A stretch of DNA of 32,000 bases from Delftia acidovorans NBRC 14950. Lineage in GTDB: Bacteria; Pseudomonadota; Gammaproteobacteria; Burkholderiales; Burkholderiaceae_C. This document shows positions 9,404 through 15,953 of the stretch, in pieces. Position numbers and translations under genes: made by a program. Each line of letters starts with the position of its first letter. Position 1 is the stretch's first letter. A model generated the notes under the pieces. It searched no databases. It worked only from the letters and a program-made list of their open reading frames with translations, and was not told the DNA's origin. The DNA lies in the NCBI RefSeq assembly GCF_001598795.1, contig NZ_BCZP01000028.1, positions 1 through 32,000 of the forward strand, read 5' to 3'.

Positions 9404-10597
9404 TCAATTACGTGCCAAGCCGGCGGGCCTGAGCCCCGTGTACGCCGCGCGTGGCCGGATGATCTGCCGTGTGGCGCGCTGCTCCAGCGCCTGTGCCAGC
9501 CAGCCTGCGCAGCGGCCCAGCGCGAACAGCCCGAAGGCGCTGCCCGCCGGCAACTGCAGGTGCCGCCGCAGGGCCACCAATGCGAAATCGACCGAAGGGG
9601 CTAGGCCAGTGAGTGCCATCACTTCGGCCGCCAGGGCCGCCGCCGGTCCCTGCCTGGGCAGCATTTCCAGCAACAGGGCGGCGCGCACATCGCCTTCGGG
9701 GTAGAGGTGGTGGCCGAAGCCGGGTAGGGTCTCGCCGCGCGCCAGGCGCTGGCGCAGGCGTGCCGGGGCCTGCGCCTCGCCCAGCTCGTCCCAGAGCGCC
9801 TCGACGCGCGCGGTCGTGCCGCCGTGGCGCCCGCCCGTCAGGGCGGCAAGGCCTCCCACCACGGCCGCCCGCAGGCTGGCGCCCGTGGATGCCACGCAGC
9901 GCGCCGTGAAGCCGGAGGCGTTGAGTTCATGGTCGGCGCACAGCACCAGGGCCATGCGCACCAGGTCGGCGCCTTGTGCGTCCAGCGCCCAGGCCTGGGC
10001 GCATTGCAGGTGGATGGGGGTCTTGTCCGGCGCCGTGCCCAGCAGGCAGGCCGCCAGCAGGCGCAGGAGCGCTCCGCAGCCTGCCGCCAGCCGTTCGGGC
10101 GATTGCTGCCATGCGGCAGTGGCCGCGTCATCGCTGGCGACGGTGAACAGGGCCAGCAATGTGTTTTCGCAAGGCTGGCCGGCCATGCGCTGCTGCAGGT
10201 CGGGCAACACAGGGGCGGCCTCCACGGCGTGTGCGGCGAAGGCGGCATCGGCCGGGTATTGCCAGAGCAGGGCGGCGGTCTCTTCCAGCGTGTGCGAGCG
10301 TGCCCAGTCCACGGCGTCCTCGCCACGGTAGTAGAGGCGGCCCTGTTCTATCAGCGTGATCGATGACTCCAGCACCGGCAGGCCCCAGTTGAGCGCGGCC
10401 TGGGCGACTTCGCGGGGTTTGCGGCCCTGGCCGCGCTGGCGCGCCAGCTGCTCGACCTCTTCGCGCAGGTAGCGGCTTTCGCGCGGCGTGTCTGCCGCAT
10501 GGGCGTGCAGCAGTCCTCGGCTGACATAGGCATACAGCGTGGCGCGGCTCACGCCCAGCAGTGCGGTGGCTTCGGTCGAGTTCAGGTAGTCGGGCAT
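9404..10597 (-). CDS. Helix-turn-helix domain fused to a citrate-synthase-family domain (function unknown)
   Basis: The N-terminus STEATALLGVSRATLYAYVSRGLL looks like an excisionase/MerR-type HTH. The remainder carries citrate-synthase motifs: LCADHELNAS (cf. HADHE.NAS), GGRHGG (cf. PLHGGA), LPGFGHHLYPEGDVRA (cf. GFGHRVYK..DPRA) and APSVDFALV (cf. NVDFYSG). Confidence 0.75.
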   Translation of the reverse strand: MPDYLNSTEATALLGVSRATLYAYVSRGLLHAHAADTPRESRYLREEVEQLARQRGQGRKPREVAQAALNWGLPVLESSITLIEQGRLYYRGEDAVDWARSHTLEETAALLWQYPADAAFAAHAVEAAPVLPDLQQRMAGQPCENTLLALFTVASDDAATAAWQQSPERLAAGCGALLRLLAACLLGTAPDKTPIHLQCAQAWALDAQGADLVRMALVLCADHELNASGFTARCVASTGASLRAAVVGGLAALTGGRHGGTTARVEALWDELGEAQAPARLRQRLARGETLPGFGHHLYPEGDVRAALLLEMLPRQGPAAALAAEVMALTGLAPSVDFALVALRRHLQLPAGSAFGLFALGRCAGWLAQALEQRATRQIIRPRAAYTGLRPAGLARN

Positions 10598-10612
10598 GGA
10601 TGTGATGATATG

Positions 10613-10634
10613 TTGATTTATTTAATCAATATTG
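10613..10634. promoter_or_regulatory. Candidate operator: 17-bp near-palindrome TTGATTTATTTAATCAA overlapping the 8-bp palindrome CAATATTG
   Basis: 7 of 8 arm positions pair across 10613-10629. CAATATTG at 10627-10634 is perfectly self-complementary. Both lie in a strikingly AT-rich 101-bp divergent intergenic region. Confidence 0.45.
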
Positions 10635-10659
10635 ACAATATTTTCTGGAAATCTATGGT
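10632..10659 (+). promoter_or_regulatory. Sigma70-type promoter for the CoA-transferase gene
   Basis: TTGACA (10632-10637), a 16-nt spacer, then TATGGT (10654-10659). AGGAG Shine-Dalgarno lies upstream of the ATG at 10699. Confidence 0.5.
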
Positions 10660-10698
10660 GCGGGTTCCAACCCTTGTTTCCGTTGCCAGGAGTGCTCC

Positions 10699-12108
10699 AT
10701 GTCCAGTCTTCCGTCCCCTTGCGCTTTTGATCACTGCGCCGCCCAGATCTGGGCGGCACTGGAAGGTGCCCAGGGCGCGCTGCACCGTCTGGAGATGCGC
10801 GGGCAAGGCGCCTTGACCTCGGTGTTTCCGGTCTCCGATCTGGCGGCGGCCAGCCTGGGTGTGGCAGGCCTCGCCATCTCCGATCTGGTGGCCCAATGCG
10901 GCGCTGCCGCGCCGCAGGTGGTGGTGGACCGCAGACTCGCGTCCCTGTGGTTTGGCTGCAGCCTGCATCCGCTGGGCTGGGAGATGCCCGCGCTGTGGGA
11001 CGCCGTGGCCGGTGACTACCGCACGGCCGATGGCTGGATCCGCCTGCATACCAATGCGCCCCACCACCGCGCAGCGGCGCTGGCCGTGCTCGGCGCGCCG
11101 GCCAATCGGGAGGCTGTGGCGACGGCGGTGAGCCGCTGGACGGCGCATGAGTTGGAGTCGGCCGTTGTCGCGCAGGGTGGCTGTGCCGCCGCCATGCGCG
11201 GGCTGGCTGCCTGGGCTGCGCATCCGCAGGGGCAGGCCGTGCAGCAGGAGCCTTTGCTGGCGTGGCAGGTGCATCCGCAGCCGGGCCAGCCCTTCAGTTT
11301 CAGTGCTGGTGCGTGGCAGCCATCGGCGCAGCGGCCGCTGCAGGGGCTGCGCGTGCTGGATCTGACGCGCATCCTGGCCGGTCCCGCCGCCACGCGCTGG
11401 CTGGCGGGCCATGGTGCCGAGGTGCTGCGCATCGATCCGCCTGGTTGGGAGGAGCCGGGTACGGTGCCTGAAGTCACGCTGGGCAAGCGCTGTGCCCGGC
11501 TGGACCTGCGCGCGCCCCAGGATCGTGCCGTGTTTGAGCAACTGCTGGGCGGCGCCGACGTGCTGGTCCATGGTTACCGGGACGGTGCGCTGGAGGGGCT
11601 GGGATTCGGGGCCGCGTGGCGCCGTCGGCTGAATCCCTCGCTCATCGATGTGTCGCTCAACGCCTATGGATGGAGCGGGCCCTGGCAGCAGCGGCGCGGC
11701 TTCGACAGTCTGGTGCAGATGAGCGCCGGCATTGCCGATGCAGGCATGCACCGGCTGGGCCGTGACCGGCCCACGCCCCTGCCGCTGCAGGCGCTGGACC
11801 ACGCCTCCGGCTATCTGATGGCTGCCGCCGTGGTGATGGCGCTGGTGCGGCGCATGCAGGGGCAGGGCGGCAGCACGGTGCGTGCCTCGTTGGCGCGCAC
11901 GGCCCATCTTCTGGCGGGGCATGGCGTGGGCGACCCGGATGCCTGTCCGCTGGCGCCGGTGAACGGTGCCGAGGATTTCAGCGCGGCGATCGAGGCGACC
12001 TCCTGGGGCGCGGCGCGGCGCCTGCGGGCGCCGGTGGAGGTGGCGGGTGCGCCCATGCACTGGGAGCGCGCGGCCTGTGCGCTGGGCACGTCTGTCGCAG
12101 CGTGGTGA
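10699..12108 (+). CDS. Family III CoA-transferase (CaiB/BaiF/Frc family) with atypical domain order
   Basis: Residues from about 205 onward carry the canonical N-terminal motifs: LQGLRVLDLTRILAGPAATRWLAGHGAEVLRID, GYRDGALEGLGF and AYGWSGPW..RRGFDSLVQMSAG (candidate catalytic Asp). Residues 40-190 resemble the usually C-terminal half (DYRTADGWIRLHTN...). Confidence 0.8.
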   Translation: MSSLPSPCAFDHCAAQIWAALEGAQGALHRLEMRGQGALTSVFPVSDLAAASLGVAGLAISDLVAQCGAAAPQVVVDRRLASLWFGCSLHPLGWEMPALWDAVAGDYRTADGWIRLHTNAPHHRAAALAVLGAPANREAVATAVSRWTAHELESAVVAQGGCAAAMRGLAAWAAHPQGQAVQQEPLLAWQVHPQPGQPFSFSAGAWQPSAQRPLQGLRVLDLTRILAGPAATRWLAGHGAEVLRIDPPGWEEPGTVPEVTLGKRCARLDLRAPQDRAVFEQLLGGADVLVHGYRDGALEGLGFGAAWRRRLNPSLIDVSLNAYGWSGPWQQRRGFDSLVQMSAGIADAGMHRLGRDRPTPLPLQALDHASGYLMAAAVVMALVRRMQGQGGSTVRASLARTAHLLAGHGVGDPDACPLAPVNGAEDFSAAIEATSWGAARRLRAPVEVAGAPMHWERAACALGTSVAAW

Positions 12109-12125
12109 GACGGGAGGCTGGAATG

Positions 12126-12150
12126 CAAAACGCCCCGCGTAAGCGAGGCG
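12126..12150 (-). terminator. Rho-independent terminator downstream of rho
   Basis: The minus-strand RNA ACGCCUCGC-UUAC-GCGGGGCGU (one mismatch) is followed by UUUUG. It lies 31 nt after the rho stop, between convergent genes. Confidence 0.6.
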
Positions 12151-12181
12151 TCTGTGGGGGCCGTGGGCTGGATCTCTGCGA

Positions 12182-13444
12182 TCAGCCGCCGCGGCGCATC
12201 ATGTCGAAGAAGTCCACGTTGGTCTTCGTGGCCCGCATGTTCTTGATCATCAGCTCCATGGCCTCGATCTCGTCCATGTTGTACATGAACTGGCGCAGGA
12301 TGCGGGTCTTTTGCAGGATCTCGGGAGCCAGCAGCAGTTCTTCGCGGCGTGTGCCGCTCTTGTTGAGTTCGATGGCGGGGAACACGCGCTTCTCGTAGAG
12401 GCGGCGGTTCAGGGCCAGTTCGCTGTTGCCCGTGCCCTTGAACTCTTCGAAGATCACTTCGTCCATGCGGCTGCCGGTATCGACCAGGGCCGTGGCGATG
12501 ATGGTCAGCGAGCCGCCTTCTTCCACATTGCGTGCCGCGCCGAAGAAGCGCTTGGGACGCTGCAGGGCGTTGGAGTCCACGCCGCCCGACAGCACCTTGC
12601 CCGACGAGGGCACGACGTTGTTGTAGGCGCGGGCCAGGCGGGTGATGGAGTCCAGCAGGATGACCACGTCCTTCTTGAGCTCGACCAGGCGCTTGGCGCG
12701 CTCGATCACCATTTCGGCCACGTGCACGTGGCGCGTGGCGGGCTCGTCGAAGGTGGAGGCGATGATTTCGCCCTTGACCGAGCGCTGCATCTCGGTCACT
12801 TCTTCGGGGCGCTCATCGACCAGCAGCACCATCAGGTGCACGTCGGGATGGTTGGCCGTGATGGAATGGGCGATGCTCTGCATCATCATGGTCTTGCCGC
12901 TCTTGGGCGGTGCGACGATCAGCGCGCGCTGGCCGCGGCCGATGGGAGCGATGATGTCGATGATGCGGCCGGTGATGTTCTCCTCACCCTTGATCTCGCG
13001 CTCCAGGCGCAGCTGCTGGGTGGGGAACAGGGGGGTCAGATTCTCGAACAGCACCTTGTGCTTGTTCTGCTCGGGCGAGCCGCCGTTGACGGAGTCGAGC
13101 TTGGTCAGTGCGAAGTAGCGCTCGCCATCCTTGGGCGTGCGCACTTCACCTTCGATCATGTCGCCGGTGTGCAGGTTGAAGCGGCGGACCTGGCTGGGCG
13201 AGATGTAGATGTCGTCGGTGCTGGCCGTATAGCTGGTGTCGGGGCTGCGCAGAAAGCCGAAACCGTCCGGCAGGATTTCCAGCACGCCGTCGGCGAACAC
13301 TTGTTCGCCTGCCTTGGCTCGCTTTTTGATGATGGCGAACATCAACTCTTGCTTGCGCATGCGACCGACGTTTTCGATCTCAAGCGCTTCGGCCTGCTTC
13401 AGGACTTCAGACACGTGCAGTGCCTTGAGTTCATTAAGGTGCAT
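12182..13444 (-). CDS. rho: Transcription termination factor Rho
   Basis: 420 aa. N-terminus [25 protein letters not shown], an RNA-binding domain (GFGFLR), Walker A APPKSGKT and the remaining RecA-like ATPase motifs. Confidence 0.97.
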   Translation of the reverse strand: MHLNELKALHVSEVLKQAEALEIENVGRMRKQELMFAIIKKRAKAGEQVFADGVLEILPDGFGFLRSPDTSYTASTDDIYISPSQVRRFNLHTGDMIEGEVRTPKDGERYFALTKLDSVNGGSPEQNKHKVLFENLTPLFPTQQLRLEREIKGEENITGRIIDIIAPIGRGQRALIVAPPKSGKTMMMQSIAHSITANHPDVHLMVLLVDERPEEVTEMQRSVKGEIIASTFDEPATRHVHVAEMVIERAKRLVELKKDVVILLDSITRLARAYNNVVPSSGKVLSGGVDSNALQRPKRFFGAARNVEEGGSLTIIATALVDTGSRMDEVIFEEFKGTGNSELALNRRLYEKRVFPAIELNKSGTRREELLLAPEILQKTRILRQFMYNMDEIEAMELMIKNMRATKTNVDFFDMMRRGG

Positions 13445-13575
13445 GGAGTGACTCCAGAACGGAGTGGAAAGAAACCAGGGGAAGGCGTTGAGCCAAGCGA
13501 AACACTGTGGAAGTGGGCTGGCTTGCCTGAGGGTCTCAGCGCGGCCTTCAATGCATAAGGCCGGTGATGAAGGGG

Positions 13576-13604
13576 ATTATGACAGGAAAAAATCCGAAGG
13601 TCAC
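13576..13604 (-). promoter_or_regulatory. Candidate rho promoter
   Basis: On the minus strand: GTGACC (13604-13599), a 17-nt spacer ending in TGT, then CATAAT (13581-13576). This predicts a leader of about 125 nt. Confidence 0.4.
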
Positions 13605-13679
13605 AGGGAAATTTGCGCTGGCGCCTCGTTTATGCGCCAGTGCGATGCGGTGCTGCGGTCAACGCCGGCTCGCATCTGT

Positions 13680-13703
13680 GACGGCCCCGTGTGCGGGGCC
13701 GTC
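13680..13703 (-). terminator. Strong GC hairpin just downstream of trxA, without a U-tract
   Basis: GACGGCCCCG-(4-nt loop)-CGGGGCCGTC, a perfect 10-bp stem starting 8 nt after the trxA stop. With no U-run it is either a Rho-dependent or partial terminator, or a stabiliser. Confidence 0.4.
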
Positions 13704-13710
13704 GGGGGAA

Positions 13711-14043
13711 TCAGGCCAAGTGCTGTTCCAGGAAAGCGGACAGCTGTGCCTTGTTGAGGGCGCCCACCTTGGTGGCGGCCAGCTGGCCATCCTTGAACAG
13801 CATCAGCGTGGGAATGCCGCGGATGCCGAACTTGGCAGGGATCTCGCGGTTCTCGTCCACATTCATCTTGGCGATGGACAGCTTTTCCTTGTAGGTCTGC
13901 GCTGCTTCGTCGAGGATGGGGGCGATCATCTTGCAGGGGCCGCACCATTCGGCCCAGTAATCGACCAGCACCGTGGTGCCAGGCTGCAAGACGTCGGCTT
14001 CAAAGCTTGCGTCGGAGATGTGTTTGATCAGTTCGCTGGCCAT
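13711..14043 (-). CDS. trxA: Thioredoxin 1
   Basis: 110 aa: [56 protein letters not shown]. The ATG at 14043 has an AAGGA Shine-Dalgarno. The track ORF start at 14133 is an extension. Confidence 0.95.
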   Translation of the reverse strand: MASELIKHISDASFEADVLQPGTTVLVDYWAEWCGPCKMIAPILDEAAQTYKEKLSIAKMNVDENREIPAKFGIRGIPTLMLFKDGQLAATKVGALNKAQLSAFLEQHLA

Positions 14044-14153
14044 GGGTGGAGTCCTTGATTTTTCGCAATGAGGAAGGCGCAGGAAAATCCGCACCGCAAA
14101 AAGATTGTGACAGAAACCTATCACCTGCTGCACCGTATGGGCGGTAGCTCAAT

Positions 14154-14170
14154 GCTATGACTGTCATAGC
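14154..14170. promoter_or_regulatory. Perfect 17-bp palindrome GCTATGAC-T-GTCATAGC
   Basis: All 8 arm pairs were verified by hand. It lies in the divergent trxA / flavoprotein intergenic region, 111 nt upstream of the trxA ATG. The palindrome is certain; a regulatory role is inferred. Confidence 0.35.
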
Positions 14171-14314
14171 TGTTTATGGGGTGGCGACAGGGTTGCCGGG
14201 ACTCCGGGAATTAGTGGCGCCTGCGCGCAGACCGGCCTGCGGCAGGGTATTCTGCGCGCCCGCGCTGCAGGCATATGTGCCGGCCGGCAGCGCCAAGTTG
14301 AATGCGAGCATGGA

Positions 14315-15691
14315 ATGGAAACTGATGTGATGGATGCTTTTGAACCCGGTGCGGCAGCGCGCACGATGGACTGCGATGTGGCGGTGATCGGTGCGGGGCC
14401 TGCGGGCCTGATGGCGGCCGAAGGGCTGGCCGGCAAGGGGCTGGATGTCCATGTGTTCGAGGCCAAGTCCTCCGCTGGGCGCAAGTTCCTCATGGCAGGC
14501 AAGGGCGGGCTCAACCTGACCCATTCCGAAAACCTGCCCGCCTTTGTCTCCCGCTACGGCGAGCGCAGTGCCGAGGTATCGCGCTGGCTGGAGCTGCTGT
14601 CCCCGGATCAACTGCGTGCCTGGGCCGGTGAACTGGGCGTGGAAACCTTTGTGGGCAGCTCGGGCCGCGTATTCCCCAAGGACATGAAGGCTGCGCCCTT
14701 GCTGCGTGCCTGGCTGGTGCGTCTGCAGACCCAGGGCGTGGTGCTGCACACGCGCCACCGCTGGGTGGGCTGGCAAGACGGCGATGCGCTGGGCTTTGAT
14801 ACACCCGAAGGGCGGCTGCAGGTGCGGGCAAGGGCTGTGGTGCTGGCATTGGGCGGCGGCAGTTGGGCGCGCCTGGGCTCGGATGGCGCCTGGCTGCCCT
14901 TGCTGGAGCAGCGCGGTGTTGAAGTCGCTGTGTTGAAGCCTTCCAACTGCGGGTTCGATGTGGGTCTGGATGGTGCGGCTTCGGGCGGACAGATTGATCG
15001 CCGGGAGTTCATGGCCGAGCTGCTGGGCGCCAGCCCTCAGCCTGCGCGCGGCTGGAGTCCTTATTTCACCGAGCGCTTTGCGGGCCAGCCCTTCAAGTCG
15101 GTGGCGCTGTCCTTTGATGATGGCAAGGGCCATGTTTTCTCGCGCAAGGGCGAATTCATTGCCACGACCACGGGCGTGGAAGGCAGCCTGATCTATGCCG
15201 TCTCTGCGGCGTTGCGCGGAGCCATTGCGCGCGACGGGCAGGCCACCGTCCATCTCGACCTGCTGCCCCAGTTGACGCCCGAGCGCGTGCTGGTGGAAGT
15301 GCGCCATCCGCGCGGCTCGCGCAGCCTGGCCAGCCATCTGAAGGGGCGCCTGGGCCTGGACGGCATCAAGGCCGCCGTGCTGCATGAGGTGCTGGGCAAG
15401 GAAGGTGTGGGCGACCCTGTGCGGCTGGCCCATGCCATCAAGGCCCTGCCCATCACCGTGGTGGCAGCCCGACCCATTGACGAGGCCATCAGCACGGCAG
15501 GCGGCGTGCGGCTGGAAGCTCTGGACGCCAACGGCATGTGCGCAGCCGCTCCTGGCGTTTTCTGCGCCGGCGAGATGCTGGACTGGGAGGCTCCCACGGG
15601 CGGCTACCTGCTGACGGCGTGCATGGCCAGCGGCCTGCAGGCGGCGCAAGGCGTTGCGCGCTATCTCAAGGTGGATGGCGCAGAGCGTTAA
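14315..15691 (+). CDS. FAD-dependent flavoprotein, HI0933/YhiN (BaiN-like) family
   Basis: Dinucleotide-binding motif DVAVIGAGPAGLMAAE, then GRKFLMAGKGGLNLTH, SSGRVFP and the C-terminal FCAGEMLDWEAPTGGYLL. The start is uncertain; candidate ATGs are at 14315, 14330 and 14366. Confidence 0.8.
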   Translation: METDVMDAFEPGAAARTMDCDVAVIGAGPAGLMAAEGLAGKGLDVHVFEAKSSAGRKFLMAGKGGLNLTHSENLPAFVSRYGERSAEVSRWLELLSPDQLRAWAGELGVETFVGSSGRVFPKDMKAAPLLRAWLVRLQTQGVVLHTRHRWVGWQDGDALGFDTPEGRLQVRARAVVLALGGGSWARLGSDGAWLPLLEQRGVEVAVLKPSNCGFDVGLDGAASGGQIDRREFMAELLGASPQPARGWSPYFTERFAGQPFKSVALSFDDGKGHVFSRKGEFIATTTGVEGSLIYAVSAALRGAIARDGQATVHLDLLPQLTPERVLVEVRHPRGSRSLASHLKGRLGLDGIKAAVLHEVLGKEGVGDPVRLAHAIKALPITVVAARPIDEAISTAGGVRLEALDANGMCAAAPGVFCAGEMLDWEAPTGGYLLTACMASGLQAAQGVARYLKVDGAER

Positions 15692-15757
15692 GGAGGAGTG
15701 GGTGCCGCAGCGGGCCTGGACGGGGCAGGCGCCCGCAGGGCCTGCTGTTCAATGAAG

Positions 15758-15855
15758 GTGACGAGCCTTGCCCTCGGCACTGGTTTCACGGTTAGGGCTG
15801 CTTGGTTCCCCACCTGACCCGGTTGGCCGCTTCCCCATGCGAGGAGGCCCGTCAC
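15758..15855 (-). ncRNA. ffs: Signal recognition particle RNA (small bacterial 4.5S-type SRP RNA)
   Basis: The minus strand at 15820-15796 reads GGGTCAGGTGGGGAACCAAGCAGCC. E. coli 4.5S has GGUCAGGUCCGGAAGGAAGCAGCC. The flanks and GGAA tetraloop are conserved, and the apical stem shows compensatory changes (UCC/GGA to UGG/CCA). The 5' GUGACGGGCCU pairs with the 3' AGGCUCGUCAC. TATAAT lies just upstream. End coordinates are +/- 5 nt. Confidence 0.85.
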
Positions 15856-15860
15856 TCTCG

Positions 15861-15866
15861 ATTATA
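15861..15866 (-). promoter_or_regulatory. -10 element (TATAAT) of the ffs promoter
   Basis: Perfect TATAAT on the minus strand, 5-7 nt upstream of the predicted SRP RNA 5' end. No convincing -35 element. Confidence 0.5.
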
Positions 15867-15941
15867 GGGGCAAACACCGGGCCGCCCGGACGACATGGCC
15901 GGCCAAACCCGGGTCGCCTCGGGCAAGGGCGCCCAGCCCCG

Positions 15942-15947
15942 TAGAAT
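15942..15947 (+). promoter_or_regulatory. Candidate -10 element (TAGAAT) abutting the dnaX start codon
   Basis: TAGAAT ends 6 nt before the ATG at 15954, which places the canonical +1 on the A of the ATG. There is no Shine-Dalgarno in between and no good -35. Confidence 0.35.
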
Positions 15948-15953
15948 CGCGGG

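Noticed and set aside
14107-14125. CRP-like TGTGA ... TCAC element upstream of trxA
   Set aside because: The spacer is 10 nt rather than 6, and the right half-site is incomplete.
14161-14176. Possible Pho box: CTGTCAT followed by CTGTTTA
   Set aside because: The two heptamers are offset by 9 nt, not the 11-nt periodicity of PhoB boxes. The first heptamer is simply one arm of the 17-bp palindrome.
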